This document shows positions 13,901-24,510 of a stretch of DNA of 64,000 bases, piece after piece. Origin of the DNA: Azolla caroliniana (lineage: Eukaryota > Plantae > Polypodiophyta); the NCBI GenBank assembly GCA_043228905.1, contig JBHGNT010000021.1:5580001-5644000 (forward strand), read 5' to 3'. Made by a program: the position numbers and the translations under genes. Below the pieces are notes generated by a model that was not told where the DNA came from, made no database searches, and saw nothing but the letters and a program-made list of their open reading frames with translations. How positions within the stretch are numbered: the first letter of the stretch is position 1; every line of letters starts with the position of its first letter.

Positions 13901-16680
13901 AAGCATATTCTTATAGATTGCCTAAGAATGTGCCAACAATTCCCTTCATACCATTAGCAGTATTCTTGACATAAGGCACTGAAGTTGAGCAGCAATATGG
14001 TTGGGAGTAACATCTCTAACACAATGAGTAGCAATATCAATGAATAGATGTCAATTTGAAACCTATAGAACTTGTCACATTGATCCTAGTGTAGCTTTAT
14101 ATTTGGGGCTAGTATACAACATCTAGATGTGAGATTGACTATGCTTCATTACTCGAATTGCACAAGCTCATCACTTGAAATTTGCATTTTTTTTAACAAA
14201 CAAGGAATAACATGAACATAGGGACATTTTAGAATAGAGAAAAATGATGGGGCCCATTAAGAAATTTTTATCTCATAGATATATGCTCCTTAATTATATC
14301 ATGAAACATTGCAAAAGAAGTTACCTCCATTAGAATATACATAGCATAAAATATATATAGTCACACTTTTAAACGTACACATGCATGCTTTCCTTTGTCA
14401 TTTCATAAAGGACATCAATGTGATATTCACGACACATCACTATGATATTCCTTGCACATGATCAATTCCCGTTGAATTTTCTTTATAAATTCTCGTTCTA
14501 TATGGAGAAAAATAATAACGAAAGGCATGCAATAAGAGAATGATATGCTATTACATAGCTTGGTGTATCACGCATTGTACGAACTAACATTGCCCTTTTT
14601 CAAAACAAGTGGTGTCCACACATATCCTTGTGATATATCTCTTTCTAAAGCTATGTTTATGCTCATTGTCAAGGACAACTTGAACATAGACAATCCCCTT
14701 GTCTTGTGTTGGAATTAACGTGTATCACTTCCTCAAAATTGACAAACATGGTTGAACAACATTATTTATGCAAGTTTCACTTTGCAATCATTGTTGGCAT
14801 TTTGTGCCCTCTAAAATTCAGAATAAAGTTCCTCTTGTCGACTTGAAAGAGAGAATTCTCATCACCCAAACTGATACCTAGCATCATGGATTAAGAAATA
14901 TAGCAATATTTTCCTTGTGAAAGAGTTTCACACTAACACCAACACTTCTCAAATTTATATTAACAATGGCCACCTCAAACTACCAACATTGGTTTTTTGA
15001 AAGGATCAATGACATATACATTGGAAATGAATTTGGTATATTTAGTGATAACTTGTGATTGAACTAATTACACCAGATTAGCCTGAGAAAAAGATGGCGA
15101 GAATATCTCATGATGTAAACATGAGAAATGGAACCTTGAAAATGTACTTTAATAGACGACATGAAAAAAATATGCATAGTGCTTTGTCTCCTAGTTCTTT
15201 GAAGGATAAAGCTAGGGTAAACATTAACGTATCATAAACATTAGACATTCTCTTGGAACTTCATCTGGTCTCAAAAAACTACAAACATCAAGGCCTTTTA
15301 ATCACAGATTGGAGACAATGGACAACACTCCCAAAATGAACTAATTGAATGTTTTAAGTGAAAAACTCATCCTTGCCAAATGCAGATAATATTCTAGGGT
15401 ATGTAGCGGATATCTAGTTTCTATGTAGATAATTATATGGAGATGTCAACTTGGAGTTTGAAATCTAAGATGGACCATGGTGTCAATCCATTCATGTGTC
15501 ACAAATGAGGCTAGTACGCAAGTTTGTGCATGGGTTACGTGCAAACTTGTGTCTTGAAGTGTGAATCTGAGAATTCTAAAAGGACAGAAAGTGACCACAG
15601 ATGCACTTGGGCATATATATTCACTTTGCTTGCATTGGAAGTATATAAACAAATGTAGTATAAGAAAGAGACTATATTGGACAATGTGATGCCCATGTAC
15701 ACATGTGAGGTCACAATGTATTCAGGAAGGAAATTTTGGATCAAAGGCATGGCATCAACATATTTATTTGCATTCCGATTTTGATAATATATTTAGGCGA
15801 ATAAAATGGTATGAATGCTTATAATATTTTCAAACTCCACAAATCCTTCAAGTAAGTCAGGGTGGAATATTTCACATGAAAAATGTGAGCACACTAAAAG
15901 AGGAAGTTAATATTAATATATTGCAAATATTACCTTTCTAAGCATGAATGATATGTTTATAACATGATTTATCATATCTACTAGCAACACATGACCATTG
16001 CTATTTTAACATCTCTAATCATAGGGTATACATGGCATGAACATTTTTGCCCATGTATGAGTGTATACATGTTATTAGTTTGCTCTAGAAAGATGGCCTT
16101 GTATAAAGTGCAAATCTAATGGTATCTATATCTATATCTATATATATATATATATTGTCCATCTTTTTGCAAGGTGTTCCACATTTTTTTTGAAGACATG
16201 TATCTTGAGTTTGTTCCATATTAAAGGATTCAAAAGAATGTAACAAAATACTCGTTTTTGAATATGCTTTTCTACATTGTTGCATGCAGTATTCTATCTT
16301 TCTAAAAGCCATGTTAAATGCGATTCATTATTTAAGGAATTGTGAGAATAAAACACTAGGATGGGTTGGGACCAAATAACCTTGTCTCACATAAATTTTA
16401 AGGTTCCACAAAGTAGTCCAAGCCAAACGAAACACGTAGGGAACTATTTTGAACAAATATATTTCTATAATTTTTCTCAATACAAATTACAATGAGCAAG
16501 ACATCGGATTCGTAAAAGGTTGAAAAAAAAAACGCGTTTCAAAGAATTGAGCAAACCTATTAGGACAAATCAAATAATCAATCAAATATGTAGAGATGTT
16601 TCGACGAACCCAGCTTGGCTTGTAGGAAATTTATTTGTGTTTTCATTTTGGGGGGGGGGGGGAGGAGGGGGGGTTTGGCT

Positions 16681-18740
16681 TCACACGTAATGAAGAAGCA
16701 TCCCTTGGATGGACACTTCTGGGTCCACACCTTTGGCGACAAGCGAGATGATGACACTTGGTTCGTCCTGGATGCCGATACGCTTCAAGTTATCGCCGAT
16801 TTCGAATTGCACGTTCGTGAGGCGCTTGGCCGCGGGGCTACCGGCCATGGGTGCTTCGGGGACGAGATTGTACGTCCCCACGTACTCGGCTGAGCTCGTG
16901 GGCGTTCCGGCCACCGCGTGGGGCATGTTCACAAACACCACTAGTTGGACGAACTTTGTCTTGTCGGCCACCTCGACACCTTGAATCACTAGGACCTCGT
17001 TTACGTGGAGGCCTTGCGAGGAGGTGGGCTTGTCCGGACGTTTCACTGTGGCTACCAATGGGCTGGGCCCCACTTTTATGCTCCTTATGTCTTTCTCTCT
17101 TGCAGGCCCCACCTCAGTGACCTTTGTCTCATCTATGGTCTCCATGGCACTCCCTCTTGTCACTGCCTCCGGCTTGTACCTCACCCAATGCATATCCCCT
17201 TTCCTCACACTCTTATACATGTAGCCCAGCTTCTCCATGTCCAATGCATCCTTCACCTTCACCTTCACCATCCTCGCCTCCTCGTCGTAGAACAAGAACT
17301 CGGCTTCGAGGAAGTCCGGGTCCGCATGGTCCGTCCGCTCGCCTCCCGGCATTCCGTGCCGCCATCGGTCCCATAGCCTGTCGATATTGCTGTGATGGGC
17401 ATAGAAAATGGGGTCCCGAGACGCCGTGCTGAATGTGCCCATGTCTTGTATCAATGGTAGGGCAGGGTTCCCTGTCCAGTAATGGATGCCATTGTGAGGG
17501 CTAGCTTCTAGGCTTCCGGCCAATGGAGATTGGAGAACCGTTGCATTTGTGGAGTCTGTTCCCATCCTGAATGGAAAATGCATAATACATATTGAGATAA
17601 ATTAGCTGGAATTGCATAGCCTCGCTAATTCGGAAGGTAGGAATCGTAATGCGACAATGTCATACTCGGTAATGGATTATGATTAACCTTAAACCTTAAA
17701 CCCTAAACCCATCATGTATGAAAAATGCATAATATATATAGATATAAATTAACCGGAAATGCATAGCCTTGCTAGTTCCGAAGGAAGGTAGGAATCGTAA
17801 TGGGACAATGTCATATGGGGTAGTGGATTACCATTAACACTAAACCCTCAACCCTAAATCCTAAACACTAAACCCTAATCTTTAAACTCTAAACTCTAAA
17901 CCCTAAACCTTAAACACTTAACCCTAAACCTTGCCTGTAAGCACTCCCAGCGAAGAGCTCAGCGGTGTTTGCGGTTACGACAACCTGGTACATAGTGTTG
18001 AGGTTCTGGCTGATAACCACGGAGTTGTTGGTGCTGTTGTCGAGCGGGCTCAAGCGGACAATGGCGGGCGGCAAGTGAGCCGGGTTGCGGTTAGGGTTAA
18101 AGAGGGAAGACATGTTTTCCTTGTCCATGAACATGGAGGGCATGGCATTGCCGCCATAGAATTGGTCGTCCCAGTTCCAGAACACGAGCGCGAACGTCGG
18201 GTCCCCGATGAGGCTCCCGAGGATGCGCTCGTGGAAGAAGAGGTACCATCGGTGCCACGGAAGAAACAACCAGGAGAAGTGGATCTGAAGAGGCACATTC
18301 GCCCCGGCATCTCCGCCTTGCACGTAGGCGTGATTGCAGAAGGCACAATGGATCCTGGCTTGCCCCGCTAGGCTCCGCGGATCTTCGGGAGGTAGCGCCC
18401 GCATGCGAGCGTAGGCCAAGTTATATTTCGCGATGTAGGCCCGGCTCGCTTTGTGGGCGGGGTACCGTATATGTCTATATCTTGTCGCATTGTAGGCATC
18501 CAATGTGAAATCGGCAATTTCTCCCCGTGGTGAGGTGATGGGCAAGCAACAGTTTAAGCTCAGTGAGGTAGGCGGGCCGACGATGGAGTTATCCACCGCC
18601 GCATAACAACGTGTGAGGTCAGGGATTCGGATCGGCTCAGCATTAATCAATGTCTGGATCGCATCGGGGACCAAACTAATAAGGAAGGTGAGTAAAGCTA
18701 GGCTTGTGGCTAATGATGTGCTTAATGTGTTCTTTAGCAT
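16681..18740 (-). CDS. PPO: Polyphenol oxidase / tyrosinase-family type-3 copper protein, secretory-type N-terminus, 2 exons, 563 aa
   Basis: Exon 1 18740-17935 and exon 2 17566-16681 (1692 nt). CuA: HCAFC...QIHFSWLFLPWHRWYLFFHERILG. CuB: PHNGIHYWTG...DPIFYAHHSNIDRLW. DWL-like (DFLEAEFLFYDE) and KFDV-like (KFVQLVVFVN, EYVGTY) C-terminal domains are present. The N-terminus has hydrophobic LALLTFLISLV. The junction reads FAGSAYR|MG, matching the PPO YRxG motif. Confidence 0.95.
17577..17930 (+). repeat. PPO intron made of two diverged tandem units, each ending in degenerate (CCCTAAA)n telomeric repeats
   Basis: Units begin AATGCATAATA at about 17577 and 17723 and share GCATAGCCT.GCTA.TTC.GAAGG..TAGGAATCGTAATG.GACAATGTCATA. 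Telomeric tracts lie at about 17686-17710 and 17836-17930. Confidence 0.85.
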
Positions 18741-18747
18741 GCTTAAT

Positions 18748-18953
18748 GAAACTAGAATTGTTTTAGTACCAAGGGAGATGATGAAACTAGAATTTGTTTT
18801 AGTACCAAGGGAGGTGATGAAACTAGAATTTGTTTTAGTACCAAAGGAGGTGATGAAACTAGAATGATTTTATTAACAAGGGAAGTGATGAAGCTGGAAT
18901 AGTGTTAGTACCAAAGGAGGTGATGAAACTAGAATGGTTTTAGTACCAAGGGA
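18748..18953. repeat. Six-copy 35-36-bp tandem repeat immediately 5' of the PPO start codon
   Basis: Unit GAAACTAGAATT(T)GTTTTAGTACCAAGGGAGGTGAT. Confidence 0.92.
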
Positions 18954-20314
18954 CATAGGTATTGTGGGGTTCTACTTAGGCTATAGGGGCTTGTGTTAAA
19001 CTATGAAAACTTATTTAGCTTGACTAGTATTGAGGGGTTCCTCATGGCGTGCATGTAAATATAACCAATATAAACCATTCCTATGGGTCATGGTCAATTA
19101 GACTCTTCTATAAGCTTGTTGACCATTCTCAATCACCCCCCGTGTGGAGAATCAATCTACACTTTATTGCTACATTTTTAAATGAAGTGGACCACCTTTC
19201 TGTTTTGTAGTTTTAGAGACGCAAGTTGCTGGTTTGCGAATAGTGGCCTCTCCTCCCCCTTTGTTTTCTTATTCCTTTGAGACATCGGTTGCCATACTTT
19301 CAACAACTATTTCCTCTATGTGCATCTTGCATTCTGTAAGACAGCTTTCAACTCATTTTTTGCTTACGAAATGCCACACTCTTCAACGAAACATTATCAT
19401 CAAGAAAGTGATTTCTTTGTTGATACAAGTACCCTAGTTCTATGCATGCACTCTATGCACAAAAAGGTCGTTTTCTATTGGTTCCCAACTATGACTTATG
19501 GTGCATGGATTATTCCTTACTTCACATAATATCTTTGAGACATGACTACGTACACACTTCTATCTTTGACTAGTATAACATGTGTAATTAATTTTCCAAT
19601 TGAGATTTTGTTGCTTACTAATGATTTCAAAATTTAGTAGATGCATGTGTGGCAATGGAAAGCAAATATTAAACACCACAAATAAATATTATTTGAACAT
19701 TGAAAGGGTTGTCGAAGTACAAAATTATCTGTCTTTTTCGTATGAGCACAACGTTACTATGTGAGGTGTGCTATAAATTCTGCCCTTCCGCGTAGTCATA
19801 GGGTAGTCCACCATAACGTGTCACTCCCTTCTTTATGGCAAACCAAAAGTTAGAGAATGTGTTTATTTAATATTTGTTCTAAACATAATTGTAGATGTTG
19901 GTTATTTTGTGTACGAGTTATTTCCCATGATCACTTGTGATTGAAGTAAGTATGATAGCTCCATTATGGCATCCATCATCTTGATTCCACTAATGATGAA
20001 TGATATAAAACAGAATTAAGGAAAATAATGGATTAAGGGTGCTTAATCAAATTGACAAGCTCCAATTGAAGGATAAGAGACAAAAACTCCAAAATTAAAG
20101 AACATCAATTCTAAGATTTAAATGAAAATAATTAAATATGTTTAAACAAGTACAACAAAAATAGCTCCAAAATGTAATATTTAGTACATTGGGTGCAAAT
20201 GGGCTATTATATAACATTCATGTGACCATATCATATCTTACAGTAATGTAAATCCCCATGTCAATATTGTGAAATGCACATAAGAACACATGCACACTAC
20301 AATATCTAAGACAT

Positions 20315-20380
20315 TTCACATTCACATACATAGTTCTTTAGGATATCAATAACCTAAAGAACTATGTATGTGAATGTGAA
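20315..20380. repeat. Perfect 28-bp inverted repeat with 10-nt loop
   Basis: TTCACATTCACATACATAGTTCTTTAGG-atatcaataa-CCTAAAGAACTATGTATGTGAATGTGAA. Confidence 0.95.
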
Positions 20381-22066
20381 TATCCTTGAACATCTGATTA
20401 TCCTTATTATAAACTCCTTGACCATCCAATTATCTCTTGTTAGTTGTATGGTATCTACATTCTCGTGGTCCTATAACTCCAATTTCTTGCAACTCCATCT
20501 TAGGCATGGAATGTTGCGGATATGAATTTTTATTTGATGGATTCTAGACACACCACGACATTTCTTAAATTGTGGTTAACTTTAAAGAGTTGGAGGTAGA
20601 ATTTTGTCACCATCGTAATTTGTTTCTAAGGTTTCGTATGATTAGACCGCTCAAAACATCTCACAATCCACATAGGCAATTTGAAATTTCCCATCTCACA
20701 TATAGTCTTGCATTGAGTATTAAGGTGCCAACCCGTTGTCATGAATACTCATCACACGTGTGCAGACAAGCACTAGGCCTTTATCGGCAAGTATCCATGG
20801 AGGAGGAAAATGATACTTCATAAAGTTTGTTTTTGATGAGTTAAGTCTTGAACCCACGAATTTCAAGATAGATTAAATTATTTCCCCAAATAGATCATGA
20901 GATATATATGGTGTCCATATTCTATCTAAACAAGTAGAGAGTTCCAAAACGGACTAGGACTCACTAGAGAGCCTAGTCCCAATCCCAAATGGCCGCTACC
21001 ATGGTTGTCCCAACAACTAGCCCAACGGCCAACCACCAATTGCTAGTCCCAACGACCATATTTGTCACGACACAATGACATAAAATACACAGTTGGTGTG
21101 GATTAAACCTACAACCTCACATCAACATGATGTCATGCTCAACCATTTTGATATGAGCATATGTTTGTATATAATAGTTTAGTATTCTATAGTCTAGTGT
21201 ATAATACATTTCAAAATCAAAATATTCTAGTTGTTAGTATATTCTAGACGTGTATATTCTAGAGATGTTTCTTGAGTATATTCTAGAGATATTCAATCTC
21301 GGAACTTGTATAAATACTTGTAACCTCCTTGGTCCCTTTCAAGGGATTCAACACCAGTCATTGACACATCAATCTAGTATGCTCATTTCATTCCATCTTG
21401 TCTCCTCCTTCATCTCTGTCTTCATGCTCTTGTGTCATTCCTAGCTTCTTAAGTTCCATGCTCGTAGCCCCATCATCCGTGCTCCGTTCGAGTCCGTGCT
21501 TGGTGTGTCTGTGATAGTTTCAATCCCTTCCAATTGGAAGCATTACCCGTCTTCATCATTGCGTTTGCTTCTAGAGTTACCATCGTCACCGTCCTTGCAT
21601 ACAGAGTTACATCAACATCCTTAGTTTTAGAGACACCATTGTCACCATAGTCACAATCGTTCCTTCAAGAGAGGCTTCCTAATAATCATCATCTTCACTG
21701 TCTCCTCTTCGACATCATAATTTTTCAAAACCTCTTGTTCTCTTCATCAATGCTACTTTGCCCAACATTTCATCGTCATCAACACTGCTTTGCATGGTCT
21801 TTCATTATCATCATCGTTCTGCCCTCTTCATTGTCATTGTCATCATCTATAGGTATCATTGTGCATCATGATTTTGGCGATGATTGATTTTGTTCGCTCA
21901 CCTTCACAGTTTCGGTGGGGGTTACAACCACTCACTTTCCTGGTGGGGATCGAATCATTACTCACTTGCACTCCATTTTCATTTTTGTCCACATTTCGTA
22001 GTCAAAGGATCCTTCAAACCGGTTTTTTTGCTGAATTGGCTCAAGAAGCTTTTTTTCTATGAAGAA

Positions 22067-22203
22067 CAAGTGATACAAGTGCTTCTTCATATGAACAACC
22101 TTGGATTTGCTCGGCGACACGCCGCACCTTAGCAGCTGACATACGAATATTCTTTGCTGAAGCTTGCGCTCCTACATTTGATCTTCTTTCATTCTGAGTC
22201 CAT
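22067..22203 (-). pseudogene. rpl22: Plastid-derived rpl22 5' fragment (NUPT) inside element A
   Basis: The minus strand reads ...SNVGAQASAKNIRMSAAKVRRVAEQIQGCSYEEALVSL, the L22 N-terminus. The ATG at 22203 is 1 nt out of frame. It lies 17 nt downstream of the rps19 stop, with an AGGA SD-like motif in between. Confidence 0.85.
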
Positions 22204-22220
22204 AGAAAGTGATTTCCTAA

Positions 22221-22325
22221 TCATCTGCGAGATCCTTTGTCACTTTTAGCATGTCCCCGAAAATTTCGGGTAGGTGCAAATTCTCCCAGTTTGTGACCTA
22301 CCATACGATCAGTTACATAGATCGG
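22221..22325 (-). pseudogene. rps19: Plastid-derived rps19 3' fragment (NUPT) inside element A
   Basis: The minus strand reads [34 protein letters not shown], containing the S19 signature MVGHKLGEF. The rps19-rpl22 order matches plastid genomes. Confidence 0.93.
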
Positions 22326-23471
22326 TTCTTTTGACCAAGATCGATTTCGATCGTTCACCTTCTAGTTTCGGTGGGGGTCACAACCGCTCACTTTCTTGGT
22401 GGGGATCACGTCGGTTTCTTGCTAGCACTCCCATTTGTGCCATGTTTGGGTCAATCTCTACTATTTACCCTTTCATGATAGAAGACGTCGAGTGAGGATC
22501 GCACATAGTCACTCACGTTCCAATTCCTGGCGAGGGTCACACAAGGTCGCTCACGCCCATTCATGTTCCAGTTCTCGGTGAGGACTGCATGGTCACTCAC
22601 TCTCGTTCGTGTTCCAGTTCCTAGTGAGGACCACATGGTTGCTCACATCCGTTGGTGTCTGTGTCTCCGGTGAGGACAACATATGGTCTCTGACGCCCCG
22701 TCGATGCTCCACTTCCCGTTCACCCCTACATTGCGATTTCAACAAGGCGGCCGTAAAGGGGAGGATAATGTCATGACACAGTGACATAAAATACATAGTT
22801 GGTGAAGATTGAACCTACAACCTCACATCAACAAGATGTCATGCTCAACCATTTTGATATGAGCATACATTTGTATATAATAGTTTAATATTCTATAATC
22901 TACCGTATAGTACATTTTAGAATTAGAATATTCTAGAAATATTGTACGGTATATTCTAGATGGGTATATTCTAGATATATTCAATCTCGGAACCTTTATA
23001 AATACTTGTAACCTCCTTGGTCCCTTTCAAGGGATTCAACACCAATAATTGACACATCAATCTAGTATGCTCATTTCATTCCATCTTGTCTCCTCCTTCA
23101 TCTTTGTCTTCATGCGCTTGTGTCATTCCTAACTTCTTAAGTTCTACGCTCATAGTCCCATCATCCATGCTCCGTCCAAGTCCGTGCTTGGTGTGTCCGT
23201 GACAATATTTGCCTTATATTAGGAGTTATTCCTCATTCAACTTCATTTCCCCATTCTTAGATTTTGCTCCAAGGAGTGTATTGGTGCTCTCTTTCCCTCT
23301 AATAAGTTTTGGAGTTGGCTTGGTTCATCCCAACTTGTCCCAACTCAAATTTTGGTTCCCAACTTTGGGATGGTTGTATATATTAAAGTTTTAAACTATC
23401 AAATTATGACTCTATTTTCTACATCAAACACATGCAAATGGAAACAAAATGTGATTATATTAATTATATTA

Positions 23472-23808
23472 TGTTGAGAATCAAACTCAACCACACACCA
23501 CCACCTTGTAACATAACTATGTGTCATAGAATGTAACTCATATGACACATTAGTTAATGAGTTAGGTAAGGTTTTCCCCCTTCCCAAGATTCTAGTGAGA
23601 GAATATGCGTTCAATGAATCAATGTAGAGAGAGGGTGACATTATAAGCACTCTCCTCTCTCTCTCTTTGTAACCGTTGGTTGTCATTCTTCTTCTTGTGA
23701 ATATACAATTTGTATTCTGTTTTCCTATCTTGTGTCTCTCTTCTCTTTTCTCTTATATACACACATAACACACACCTAATTACATAATTACACACGTAAT
23801 TATTTACA
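23472..23808 (+). mobile_element. Solo LTR related to the copia family at 1-3612 and 60408
   Basis: Runs TGTTGAGAATCAAACTCAAC...TATTTACA, with flanks TATTA/TATTG (4/5 TSD). Confidence 0.75.
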
Positions 23809-24299
23809 TATTGTATGAACTTCCTGGTGCTCATGATCGTTATTCAGACTGTCTCACTTGTATGGGATTATGACCGTCAAAATAAGAAAGATATGTTGTG
23901 GGATTGGCTACAACCGATCCTCGGACAAGTCTTTTACACAAATCGATCTGATATATTAAGGTATAAAGAGACAAAACACTGAAGTTGCCCACAAAATATA
24001 TTCGATTAAAGTGTAAACACGTTTTCCGCCCCTCTATTCCTAACCTAGTTCTTTTTTTTCTCCCCCTCTTCGTGTTCTCTACTACTCGATATATATAATC
24101 CCATGTGCTCGGCGTTTTCAAACCGTTCTTCCTAAATGCTCGGCTCCCTTTGTTCGACTGTTAGTGCTTGGCCCTCCTTGATTCTTTTCACACCTCGTCC
24201 CACTTGTCCTACCAGTAACAACTGGGGACAAATTTAAGTTCGAGAAAAAACCAAATTTTTTCATTAAGTCAAAGTTTGAAGTCGGACTTCATAGTTATG

Positions 24300-24510
24300 T
24301 TGAGATTGACCATAAAGTCAAAATCATGTTGAAGAAAAGTCTAATTTGAAATTGACCACAAAGTTATGTTGATGAAAAGTCTAATTTGAAATGAACCAGA
24401 ATGATATAGCAAAGAAAAGTTTAATTTGAAATTGACCACAATGTTATGTTAAAGAAAAGTTTGATTTGAAATTGACCACAAAGTTATGTTGAAGACAACC
24501 TAATTTGGAT
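24300..24510 (+). repeat. Degenerate ~40-bp tandem repeat
   Basis: Recurrent GAAATTGACCACAAAGTTATGTTGAAGAAAAGTCTAATTT. Confidence 0.7.

Larger units (their letters stand above)
21063..23204 (+). mobile_element. Non-autonomous LTR retrotransposon (TRIM/LARD-like), putatively self-primed; element A
   Basis: LTRs 21063-21516 and 22769-23204 (TGTCA...GTGACA, with the 5' copy ending GTGATA). Perfect 5-bp TSD ATATT. PPT AAAGGGGAGGATAA lies before the 3' LTR. There is no gag/pol and no TGG-type tRNA PBS. Confidence 0.93.

Noticed and set aside
13000-15800. Possible decayed transposase or gene between CNOT9 and PPO
   Set aside because: Trial translations gave no motif I can name.
23820-24121. Possible second organellar fragment (ORF 23840-24121)
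   Set aside because: I could not match it to any plastid or mitochondrial protein from memory.
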